From NCBI GenBank assembly GCA_028713935.1, contig JAQTNI010000014.1, positions 1 to 28,232 on the forward strand: DNA of 28,232 nucleotides, written 5' to 3'. Shown here one piece after another: positions 8,443-16,429 of this stretch (positions are counted from its first letter, which is position 1; every line of letters begins with the position of its first letter). This DNA is from Candidatus Iainarchaeum sp. (GTDB lineage Archaea; Iainarchaeota; Iainarchaeia; Iainarchaeales; GCA-2688035). The notes below the pieces were generated by a model that made no database searches, was not told the DNA's origin, and worked only from the letters and a program-made list of their open reading frames with translations. The position numbers and the translations under genes are program-made.

Positions 8443-8840
8443 TTTTTTTTATAGGTTGAAGCAATTTTATTGAATGCCTTCGCAGGATTATCTTTCAAGG
8501 AATGCTCCCAAACCCTAACAACTTTCCAGCCAGTTTTTCTTAATTCATTTTCCTTATTTTTCTCGCGTTCTAAATTGCAAGCCATCTTCTTCCTCCAGTA
8601 TCGAAGGTTTGAAGCTGGCATCTGGAAATGCTTTGGGCAGTTATGCCAGAAACAGCCATCCACAAAAATAGCAATTTTTTTGGAAGGAAATGCAATATCT
8701 ATTTTGTGCTTGCCGTAATGAATTCTGTAGCGCAACCCGGCCGCAAACAAAAGCTTCCGTAAAATCAGCTCAGGCTTGGTGTTCTTGCTGCGGATAGCAG
8801 ACATTATTCTTGACCTTGTTTCTATTGGCAGGTTATCCAT
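8439..8840 (-). CDS. vsr: Very-short-patch repair (Vsr) T:G mismatch endonuclease
   Basis: TRSRIMSAIRSKNTKPE...IDIAFPSKKIAIFVDGCFWHNCP...RYWRKKMACNLEREK...GWKVVRVWEH is the canonical Vsr pattern. It is convergent with the HNH gene and overlaps it by 4 nt. Confidence 0.9.
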   Translation of the reverse strand: MDNLPIETRSRIMSAIRSKNTKPELILRKLLFAAGLRYRIHYGKHKIDIAFPSKKIAIFVDGCFWHNCPKHFQMPASNLRYWRKKMACNLEREKNKENELRKTGWKVVRVWEHSLKDNPAKAFNKIASTYKKN

Positions 8841-8934
8841 ACTGAGTTATTGGCTGAAAAAGTTGATTAAAGTTTCTGCCAATAATAATAACTAAAGCCT
8901 TGATTAAAGTGAATACTTAATTTAAAAATTAGCT

Positions 8935-9420
8935 ATGCCTACAATAGTATGGTGGTTTAGCCTGTCTGATGAAAAAAACAAGGAAATTTTTTTGACTTTT
9001 ATTCTAGACAAAGCTTTTAGGAAAGAGGATTACTCAGAAATCGGACGGCTTCAAATAATAAAAATCTGTTTCTTAATAGATAAGCTATTCTCCGAACACA
9101 AATTATCCACAAGTGGCTATGAATACATCCTGGAAAGATTAGGTCCTTACTCGGATGAAATTATTAAACAGTTAGATAAAATGGTCTATGATGGAAAAAT
9201 CCAAAATGGGTCGCAATACTACAATTATCTTATTTTAAATTTGCCAGAGAAAATTAAAGAAGTTGAAAAGTTAAAAGAAACGATAGTAAAAGAAAAATTA
9301 GAAAAAGAAATAGACCAAATATTTGAACTGGCAAAAGATGTTGGCCTTCTTTTGGACTATGTGCATGGCTTGCCTGAAGTTAAATCTATCGAGATGGGTA
9401 AAAAAATTTATTTATACTAA
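8935..9420 (+). CDS. SocA/Panacea (DUF4065)-like small protein, candidate antitoxin
   Basis: GRLQIIKICFLIDKLF...YEYILERLGPYSDEIIKQL resembles the KLQKLLY...w.yGPv..ely core of DUF4065. It has an ATG start and ends 18 nt upstream of the next gene. The family call is by eye only. Confidence 0.5.
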   Translation: MPTIVWWFSLSDEKNKEIFLTFILDKAFRKEDYSEIGRLQIIKICFLIDKLFSEHKLSTSGYEYILERLGPYSDEIIKQLDKMVYDGKIQNGSQYYNYLILNLPEKIKEVEKLKETIVKEKLEKEIDQIFELAKDVGLLLDYVHGLPEVKSIEMGKKIYLY

Positions 9421-9438
9421 TTCTTAATTTGATTACAA

Positions 9439-10449
9439 ATGACCCCCGAAGAACTATTTGATAATCTAGTAAGCAGCAAATCAGAAAATGTTCCAGCATC
9501 AACAGACGAACTTATTTGCGCTTACTGCATATACCTTCTTGATACTCTAGATGACGCCACGCATGCTTTACTAAGTTTCCATGACGGTAAAAAAAACTTT
9601 TTACTGTGGGATACAACTAGAATAAACATTCCGTTCAAAAAAGGAGAAAGAATTTTTTGGAACGAATTTCTAAAAAAAACTAGTGGCCCTTGTAATTATT
9701 GTAAAATGCTGCACCAATTAAGAATTGGCGCGTTTAAATCCAACAATCCTCAAAAATACATCGCTCAAATAAACAAAATCGCTGAAAAACATTCAGATAA
9801 TTGTAGCGCATGTAAACCATCATCCCTATCAGATTATGTTAAAGAAAATCCCTTGCTTTTGGGGTACACTGGAGCACTGATTTTTAATAGCCCAATTAAT
9901 TTAACTCCAGAAAATTCAGAAACCCAATTCAACAGAATTTTAGCCGCACATCTTTCAAAAGAAATACAACAAAAGGACAAAACAATTTTGTGCAAAAGTG
10001 AAATTTCGGCAGACAAACTGTATACAAACGGCGACAAAAACTCGGCAGGAGCATTTGATATTCTTCTCTTAATAAAAACAAAAAAAACCAAATATTTCCT
10101 AATCCAAATTGAAAACAAGTTTGGTCAAGATTTTAAGGGGAAACATATATTAAGGCATATTTTATTAAAACAACAATTGCCAAAAATGGATGCTGAAATT
10201 AGTTGTGAAGTAAAAACAATCTATTTCTCGCCATATAATTTTGAGTTAGACAAAAAACTTAGAGAAAGCGTGGGTCATTTGAGTGAAGAACAACAAACAA
10301 TAATACACGACGACCTAAAAGCAAGCAATATCCTACTTTTTCCTGGAGAATGGAACAAATCATTAAATGATGTCGACAGGGTTTTAGACCATGGAACAAT
10401 AAAAAAGCACGTTGAAAAACTGAAAAATTTCTTAAAAAAAATTGATTAG
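9439..10449 (+). CDS. Zn-ribbon plus PD-(D/E)xK nuclease-like protein (PDDEXK_4-like), candidate effector
   Basis: CNYC-x33-CSAC. ETQFNRILAAHL is followed by GAFDILLLIKTKKTKYFLIQIENKF (D at 10057-10059; E-N-K at 10111-10119), which fits the D...ExK nuclease core. Confidence 0.65.
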   Translation: MTPEELFDNLVSSKSENVPASTDELICAYCIYLLDTLDDATHALLSFHDGKKNFLLWDTTRINIPFKKGERIFWNEFLKKTSGPCNYCKMLHQLRIGAFKSNNPQKYIAQINKIAEKHSDNCSACKPSSLSDYVKENPLLLGYTGALIFNSPINLTPENSETQFNRILAAHLSKEIQQKDKTILCKSEISADKLYTNGDKNSAGAFDILLLIKTKKTKYFLIQIENKFGQDFKGKHILRHILLKQQLPKMDAEISCEVKTIYFSPYNFELDKKLRESVGHLSEEQQTIIHDDLKASNILLFPGEWNKSLNDVDRVLDHGTIKKHVEKLKNFLKKID

Positions 10450-10511
10450 TGTTTTAACCATTTATTTAACTAGCTTGTTAAATTTTTGAGAGTTCCCAGC
10501 CTTAAACAGAA

Positions 10512-11351
10512 CTAAAGTTGCCTATTTTTCATTAGGTCAAATGCTTTTTTTATTTTTTGGAAAAAAATAGTTTCCCACTGTTCCTTAGTAATAATGTCAT
10601 CTTTCATCCAATTTTCTTCGGGGTCTTCAGTTTTGTACCACGCTCTGAATAACTTCCTTTTTGGTTCCAATTCACAAAATTTTCTTCCAGCAATCCAGTA
10701 TTTGAAAACCCAGTTGGACTGTGTTTCTTCGACAGAATCGTTCAAACTTTTTATGTCAGCCATAGCTTTTTTTATTAGCTCCTTGATATTTTGCTCAGAA
10801 CTCTTATTGATTAATTCATCCTTGGTTTTTGGTTTTTCTTCAATTAGTTTTATCCTCGAAAGTTCCTGTTCTAAAAGCTTTATTTCTTTCTGGGAGTTAA
10901 CCTCTAGGCAAAGGTACCTGAACAGCCTTATTTTTATGTCGTCTCGTATAAATCTCGCTTGCATTACCATTGATTCATCAAAATCAGGGGCAATAAGAAA
11001 TATTTGCGGCATTGTATCTTCGATATCAGTTTTGTACGCCTCCTTAATCCAATCAAGGCCTTGTTCCATTATCCAATCATAATATGATAATGCTTGCATT
11101 AACTGCCCTGAATCAACAGCTACTTTTAACTCAACCAAAGTAAGCACTTTTTGAGAATCTATCCCCAAAATATCCATTCGGTCTTGTCCGTGCGCCTTTT
11201 TCTGATGGGTTAGCACTTTGAAGCCATCTTCGATTTGTTCGGGATTCTTTACAAGTATTGATTCCAATTCGGCTTCATCTTTTAGTTTAGCTTCTTTTAA
11301 AACCATAAATAGATTCAACCAGCAAGACATTAAAAACCCTTTTTTGTGCAT
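10512..11351 (-). CDS. NucS/DUF91-like PD-(D/E)xK nuclease domain protein with a DUF5655-like C-terminal region
   Basis: EAELESILVKNPEQIEDGF...RMDILGIDSQKVLTLVELKVAVDSGQLMQALSYYDW follows the DUF91 pattern (D60, E74-x-K76). The start may be the internal Met, giving 10512..11306. Confidence 0.7.
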   Translation of the reverse strand: MHKKGFLMSCWLNLFMVLKEAKLKDEAELESILVKNPEQIEDGFKVLTHQKKAHGQDRMDILGIDSQKVLTLVELKVAVDSGQLMQALSYYDWIMEQGLDWIKEAYKTDIEDTMPQIFLIAPDFDESMVMQARFIRDDIKIRLFRYLCLEVNSQKEIKLLEQELSRIKLIEEKPKTKDELINKSSEQNIKELIKKAMADIKSLNDSVEETQSNWVFKYWIAGRKFCELEPKRKLFRAWYKTEDPEENWMKDDIITKEQWETIFFQKIKKAFDLMKNRQL

Positions 11352-11507
11352 TTTTAGGTAAATATTTGATTTACCTACAGAAGGTTCAATCTTGATTTTA
11401 AAGCGAATTTACCTACAAAGCCGCCTTTTTCTGTCATTTCAAAAACAGCAACAGTCTTGTTTCCGCAGACGAGCTTGCACTCTTTTTCCAAAAAAACACC
11501 TCCTTGC

Positions 11508-11527
11508 AATATTGGTTAACCGATATT
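11508..11527. promoter_or_regulatory. Near-perfect 20-bp palindrome, candidate PadR operator (site 1)
   Basis: AATATTGGTTAACCGATATT. The reverse complement differs only at one symmetric position pair. It lies about 50-65 nt upstream of the PadR ATG. Confidence 0.35.
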
Positions 11528-11553
11528 AGTGTGGCGTAAGGGTTTTTTAAATC

Positions 11554-11571
11554 TATTGGGTAACCGATATT
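11554..11571. promoter_or_regulatory. Degenerate second copy of the operator-like motif (site 2)
   Basis: TATTGGGTAACCGATATT shares ATTGG-TAACCGATATT with site 1. It ends 4 nt before the PadR ATG. Confidence 0.3.
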
Positions 11572-11574
11572 GTT

Positions 11575-11880
11575 ATGGATTGCTGCAATATGAGGGGTTT
11601 TCTTTCTTACCTTATTTTATGGTGCCTGAGCAAGGAAAGCCTTAGTGGGACGGGCCTTGCAAGGGAGCTTGAAAAAAGGAAGGGGTCAAAGCCGAGCCCT
11701 GGCACTATTTATCCTGCCTTGAAAGAGCTTTTGGAAAAGGGCCTTGTGAGCAGGGATACAAGCAAGAATTATTCGCTTACAAAAAAAGGAGAAAAGGAAC
11801 TGAAAACTGCCTGTGGCTTTTTCTGCAGGGCTTTTTATGACATGGAAGAAATGGCAAATTGCTGTGCTGGCAAGTGTTAA
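11575..11880 (+). CDS. PadR-family transcriptional regulator with a Cys-rich C-terminus
   Basis: GFLSYLILWCLSKESLSGTGLARELEKRKGSKPSPGTIYPALKELLEKGLVSRD...YSLTKKGEKEL. It ends in ...EEMANCCAGKC. Confidence 0.85.
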   Translation: MDCCNMRGFLSYLILWCLSKESLSGTGLARELEKRKGSKPSPGTIYPALKELLEKGLVSRDTSKNYSLTKKGEKELKTACGFFCRAFYDMEEMANCCAGKC

Positions 11881-11931
11881 TTCAAAATCCATGCTACAAA
11901 GTCGACCTGTGCAAATGAAACAAAAAATCGT

Positions 11932-12522
11932 TCAGTCCTCGTGTACTCTGAGAAATGTTTTTTTTCTCGCGATTTTTTTCAAAGAGGCAAAAAGACTTCG
12001 AGCCCGTTCTCTTCTTTTTCCCGTCGGCAATCGCATAATGGTTTCTCTTAAACGTGGCAAATTGATATCTTTAAGCTCAAAAAAAACAGGCCTTCCCGTT
12101 GGGGTAATCCCAATATTCATAACATTCTCGTTGACAATCAAGCCGCTTTCGACAAGTTTGTATATTATTGGCACCACGGAATTTGTGGAATTAGCATGCT
12201 TTAAAAAATGCGGATTCTCCCAGGCCGCAAGGCGATTGCTGTAAAATGCTCGAATCCCTTTTTGGGTAGTGCTGTTCACTGGAATGGCTTCGGAAAAAGT
12301 CGTTTTTTTATTTATGCCAGAAGCAATTTGGCGAGGGAAATAATTCGGAAACAAGAGATACGCCAAGGTCATGGCTGCACTGTAGGCCGGATTTGGTTTG
12401 CACCTGGAAGTCCGTTCTACCAATCGCGGAGTCCCAAAACGGAGCGTTCGTTGCTCTTTTTTTGAAAGAGAACGAATACGCGCATGGTCTCCCATTATCC
12501 TGATTTTCCGGTTTCGCACCAT
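11932..12522 (-). CDS. Hypothetical protein
   Basis: 196-aa ORF with a TGA stop. Preferred over the overlapping plus-strand ORFs 11813..12244 and 12208..12465. No motif recognised. Confidence 0.45.
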   Translation of the reverse strand: MVRNRKIRIMGDHARIRSLSKKEQRTLRFGTPRLVERTSRCKPNPAYSAAMTLAYLLFPNYFPRQIASGINKKTTFSEAIPVNSTTQKGIRAFYSNRLAAWENPHFLKHANSTNSVVPIIYKLVESGLIVNENVMNIGITPTGRPVFFELKDINLPRLRETIMRLPTGKRRERARSLFASLKKIARKKTFLRVHED

Positions 12523-12578
12523 TTATGAAAACCCCAATTATTTCACATTTTTTGTTTACCTTTGATTAAATATTTTCT

Positions 12579-13037
12579 TTATGGATTCAAAGCCCAAACT
12601 GCATAATTAAGGATTGCCGCAAAGCTAACCCACAGGATATACGGGGTTAATAGCCAGGCTGCTTTTTGCGAGGTTTTCCTGAATTCCAAAATTGTTGCAG
12701 CAATAGCTATCCAGAGGAATATTATTTCAGCAAAAGCGATCATTGGTGAGTGAAAACCAAAAAACAAGATTGACCAGGCCAAATTCAGGATTAATTGGAT
12801 CCCAAAGAAAACAATTGCTTTTTTTGTCAATCCTTTTTCCAAAGCCAAATAAAGGGAAATTCCCATTAATGCAAAAAGGATTGTCCAGACAGGCCCAAAC
12901 AGCCAGTTTGGAGGGCTGAAAAACGGCTTTTGCAAAGCGGCATACCAGGCGCCAATTGCAGGAAAAGTAAAAAAAGATCCAATTACCCCAATTGCTTCAC
13001 AAAGCAAAATTGAAGCAATTAATTTCAAGGCTTTCAT
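12579..13037 (-). CDS. tspO: TspO/MBR tryptophan-rich sensory protein
   Basis: Five-helix membrane protein with WYAALQKPFFSPPNWLFGPVWTILFALMGISLYL and a Trp-rich C-terminus. Confidence 0.9.
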   Translation of the reverse strand: MKALKLIASILLCEAIGVIGSFFTFPAIGAWYAALQKPFFSPPNWLFGPVWTILFALMGISLYLALEKGLTKKAIVFFGIQLILNLAWSILFFGFHSPMIAFAEIIFLWIAIAATILEFRKTSQKAAWLLTPYILWVSFAAILNYAVWALNP

Positions 13038-13140
13038 GCAGTTGAAATAGGAAAGCCAGGTTTAAAAGCCTTTTTTGTTTACTATTTACAACAATTTGTT
13101 GTGTATTTGCAACATTTTTGGGCTTTTCAAGAGATTAATT

Positions 13141-13338
13141 ATGTATACATGTATGAAGGAGTTTAGGGCGAGGCATGGCTTTACGCAGGAAACCTTGGCA
13201 GCAAAAGTCGGGGTCTGCAGGGAAACAATTGTTTTTCTGGAGAAAGGAAAATACAATCCTTCCTTGAAACTGGCGCATAACCTTGCAAAGGCTTTGCATG
13301 CAAGAATTGACGAGCTTTTCATCTTTGAAGAGGATTGA
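13141..13338 (+). CDS. XRE-family HTH transcriptional regulator (short, YozG-like)
   Basis: [53 protein letters not shown]. The start is ATG 13141 or 13153. TGA stop. Confidence 0.85.
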   Translation: MYTCMKEFRARHGFTQETLAAKVGVCRETIVFLEKGKYNPSLKLAHNLAKALHARIDELFIFEED

Positions 13339-13532
13339 CAATTGTTTCTGCTATTCAAGCCCGCACATAATCCAGGTGCCTTTATGGGGGTTACCCGGCC
13401 TTCAATCCTCGCAGGCTGCTTCTTGCCCTATTTTAACCGGCAGATAGATAATTGCCGTTTCGGCCATTAAAAATAATCCTTTGTGCTTTTGGAACAAAAA
13501 AATAGTTATGTATAAATGTGGCTTGTTTTTTT

Positions 13533-13564
13533 ATAAAAATAAAAATAAAAAAAAATAAAAATAG
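13533..13564. repeat. A-rich low-complexity tract, (ATAAAA)n-like
   Basis: The sequence ataaaaataaaaataaaaaaaaataaaaatag was read directly. Confidence 0.6.
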
Positions 13565-13598
13565 AAATTTTTTCAACTAAAATTTTTTATTCAAAAAA

Positions 13599-13796
13599 TT
13601 AGTAGTCTCTGCTTCTTCCGCCGCGTCCGCCGCCGCCACCGCGCATTGGCTTTTTGTGCTTCTGATAGCAATCTCTGCAGTACACTGGCCTTGAACCGTC
13701 TGGCTGGAATGGAACTTCTGTTTCCTTTCCGCATTCGGAGCAATTCACTTTGAACAGTGCCCTGCCGAATTTATCTTCACTCATTTGCTTTTTCAC
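13599..13796 (-). CDS. CxxC-x17-CxxC zinc-ribbon protein with an RGG-type tail
   Basis: CSECGKETEVPFQPDGSRPVYCRDC followed by MRGGGGGRGGRSRDY. Confidence 0.75.
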   Translation of the reverse strand: MKKQMSEDKFGRALFKVNCSECGKETEVPFQPDGSRPVYCRDCYQKHKKPMRGGGGGRGGRSRDY

Positions 13797-13895
13797 CTTT
13801 TTGTTATTAATATTACTGCTTTAGGATTAGCAAGTAATTATATACTTTTTACTGGGCATTATTTTAAAAACGCTCTGGAAGCAGATTTCCCCTGC

Positions 13896-14552
13896 TTATT
13901 TTGGCCTTCTGGGTTTTCTTTTCAGCCTTTTTTTTGGTTTTATATTCTCATGGGCATTATTTCTTGAGAAAACCAAGAACCTTTTTTCGGCTTGCAGCAA
14001 AAATCGTTCCTGCTCCGGGCTTTCAGGAAAATGTACTTTAAGTGATTCAAAAAAATCCCGGGGATTTTTGCCTTCCTTTCTTAATTTTTCAATAAATTTT
14101 GGATTGCTTGCAAGGGCGTCAAATTGTGCCCTGCGCAATCCCTCAATTATGATTTTGTATGCCTTTTCAAGAAAAACTCCTTTTCTTGCAATTAAATAGG
14201 CTGCTGCCATTGTTCCTGCCCTGCCAACTCCTCCAACACAATGAATCAAAACTTTTTTTGGGGTGCCTGCCCTTGCTTCAGCCATGATTCGCAAAAAATA
14301 GGCAAGCTGGTGTTTTGTTGGAGCTTGCAATTCCGGAATTGCAATTGTGTGAAAAATTAGTCCTGATTTTCTGGCTCTTTCAAGCCGGGTGCCTTGATGA
14401 AATGCCTGTTCCGAATCAGGCACAAGGGAAACAACAATGTCTATGCCGGAATCTTTAATTTCTTGAATTGAAAATGGCATTGCAGATGCTGCGAGTTCTC
14501 CCGGAACAATCCATCTGAAAAAAGGAATTTTTTGGGAAAAATTTAATGGCAT
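13896..14552 (-). CDS. Dual-specificity / Cys-based protein phosphatase
   Basis: The HCVGGVGRAGT P-loop (HCx5R[S/T]) is present. Confidence 0.85.
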   Translation of the reverse strand: MPLNFSQKIPFFRWIVPGELAASAMPFSIQEIKDSGIDIVVSLVPDSEQAFHQGTRLERARKSGLIFHTIAIPELQAPTKHQLAYFLRIMAEARAGTPKKVLIHCVGGVGRAGTMAAAYLIARKGVFLEKAYKIIIEGLRRAQFDALASNPKFIEKLRKEGKNPRDFFESLKVHFPESPEQERFLLQAEKRFLVFSRNNAHENIKPKKRLKRKPRRPK

Positions 14553-14570
14553 ACTTAATTATCCCCTTTG

Positions 14571-15476
14571 TTATTTAAAACATTCTTTTAATTCTGCAAG
14601 ATTTTTTGCCTTTGTTATTCTTAAAGCAAGTTCCCTGTTTTCTTTGCCTGCCAGAAACCTCAAAACCTGCTGTTTCACGTGCCCAAAAAGAGTGAAATTA
14701 AGGGAATTGCACAATTCAAGGTATTTCGCAAGCGCTTCTTTTCTTCCAATCTGCTTTTCCCCTAAAATTTCCGCAAAAACCCCTGGATTTCCAATTGCTG
14801 CTGTTCCAATCATTACTGCATCGCACTTTGTTTTTTCAAGCATCAATTCAAATCCCGCATTGCCCCTAATTCCGCCATGTCCGATTACTGGAATTCCAAG
14901 GCTTTTCTTTATGCGCTTTATTGCAACAAAATCAATTTTTCCGGAATTTTCCTGCTGAATAGTCCTTCCATGGACAATAAGTGCGCTCGCGCCTGCTCTT
15001 TCAATTGTTTTTGCAATTTTTATTGAATGCAAGACATTTGGAGCAATCCTTATTTTTGCAGTTACTGGCTTTCCCAAGTCTTTCCAGGAAGAAATTATTT
15101 CAGAAATCCTTTCAGGCCTTTTAAGGAGAGCAGCGCCTGCTCCCTGGTTCAAAACATTATGGCTTGGGCAGCCTAAATTCAAATCAAGCAATTCGAAACG
15201 CTTTTTTTCAATCAGCAATTCTGCGGCTTTGCGCATGCTTTCAATGCGCGCGCCAAACAACTGCATTCCCAAAGGAAAATCTTCTGCAATTGTTTCTGCA
15301 AGGCACCAATTGCTTTTGTTGTTTCTTATCAGTGCCTCGCAATTAATCATTTCTGAAAAGCAAAGCCCAGCCCCTTGTGCCCTGCAGAGCAGCCTGAAAG
15401 GCAAATCGCTTATCCTGTACATTGGCGCGAGAACAAGCTGGTTCTTTAAAGCAAGGGAGCCAATTTTGAATTGCAT
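14571..15476 (-). CDS. tRNA-dihydrouridine synthase (Dus family)
   Basis: LAPMYRISDLPFRLLCRAQGAGLCFSEMI, DLNLGCP, VTAKIRI, LIVHGRT. The internal Met (MQFKIGSL) was chosen as start. Confidence 0.9.
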   Translation of the reverse strand: MQFKIGSLALKNQLVLAPMYRISDLPFRLLCRAQGAGLCFSEMINCEALIRNNKSNWCLAETIAEDFPLGMQLFGARIESMRKAAELLIEKKRFELLDLNLGCPSHNVLNQGAGAALLKRPERISEIISSWKDLGKPVTAKIRIAPNVLHSIKIAKTIERAGASALIVHGRTIQQENSGKIDFVAIKRIKKSLGIPVIGHGGIRGNAGFELMLEKTKCDAVMIGTAAIGNPGVFAEILGEKQIGRKEALAKYLELCNSLNFTLFGHVKQQVLRFLAGKENRELALRITKAKNLAELKECFK

Positions 15477-15535
15477 ATAAAAAATTTGAAAGAATTTGTT
15501 TTTATGCTGAATTGACAATTTTATTTTTGGTTAAT

Positions 15536-16147
15536 ATGCATGTTCGAGCCGGAAGAAAAACCCCTTTGCCAGGATACAAAACAGCAAGCCAGCAAATTGG
15601 GGAAACCCGGGATATTGCGCGCCTTGAAATGAGCTGGGCAAAATTTGCCAGCACTCCTGGAGTTCTGGCTCCAAATGCCCATTCACGAAAGCCAGGGTCT
15701 GTGCAGAGCTTGCTGGCAATGAATCCAAGCCAAAAATCCGGAGTCCACACTCATCTGGAAGTTGAACAAAAAAATCTTGGATTAAAGGCATGGGGCCTTG
15801 CAAGCCCGACTGATGTTAAAAGCATGTTCAGGAGATTGTGCATGGGGATTAACCCAACAGAGCACAGTGTGAGCATTAATGCCAATGGAAAAGTAATGGG
15901 CTATGTTACTTTTCGCCTTGGAAAAACATATCGGCGGGACTATTTTGGAAAAAGAATGCCAAAAGAAATCTTGGATAAATTCAAAGAAACCTTTGATTCT
16001 GCTCGCGGAGAACAAAATGCAAGCCCAAAAATTCAGGCTGCTGCGCGCAGGCTTCTGATTTGGCTAATCAAGAAAAAGCATGTGAAAGTCAGGGTTACCC
16101 CGATGCAGGGTTACAAATTTTACAGGGGGAGATTTGTTCCAAAATAA
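15536..16147 (+). CDS. Hypothetical protein
   Basis: ORF with ATG at 15536 (the track start at 15512 is TTG). No motif recognised. Confidence 0.5.
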   Translation: MHVRAGRKTPLPGYKTASQQIGETRDIARLEMSWAKFASTPGVLAPNAHSRKPGSVQSLLAMNPSQKSGVHTHLEVEQKNLGLKAWGLASPTDVKSMFRRLCMGINPTEHSVSINANGKVMGYVTFRLGKTYRRDYFGKRMPKEILDKFKETFDSARGEQNASPKIQAAARRLLIWLIKKKHVKVRVTPMQGYKFYRGRFVPK

Positions 16148-16168
16148 TTTTTGAACAAAAAAATAGTT

Positions 16169-16369
16169 TCAGATTTTTTTCATTCCGTCGCACATTGGAA
16201 ATGCCTGGCAGCCCCAGAATTTTCCGTATTTTCCTTCGCGGATTTTCATTTCCAAGCCGCAGTTTGGGCATGAAGGTTTTTTTATTTTTGAATTTGAGTG
16301 TGCGCTGCATGCAGGCAGGCCTTCTTTTGTTAATTTTGTTGCTGTTTTTCCGCAGGCCGCACACTTCAC
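16169..16369 (-). CDS. Small protein with a topoisomerase-type C4 zinc finger
   Basis: CPNCGLEMKIREGKYGKFWGCQAFPMC matches the zf-C4_Topoisom pattern. There is an extra CAAC...C..H at the N-terminus. Confidence 0.75.
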   Translation of the reverse strand: MKCAACGKTATKLTKEGLPACSAHSNSKIKKPSCPNCGLEMKIREGKYGKFWGCQAFPMCDGMKKI

Positions 16370-16429
16370 AAAAAATCACTTGCAAAGATTAACACAATTC
16401 AATTTAAAATGATTTCTTATTGAAAATTC

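Noticed and set aside
11385-11500. 38-codon minus-strand ORF behind a GGAGGTG ((M)EKECKLVCGNKTVAVFEMTEKGGFVGKFALKSRLNLL)
   Set aside because: It has a TTG start, is very short, and has no recognisable family. It may be a fragment, and the evidence is insufficient to list it as a feature.
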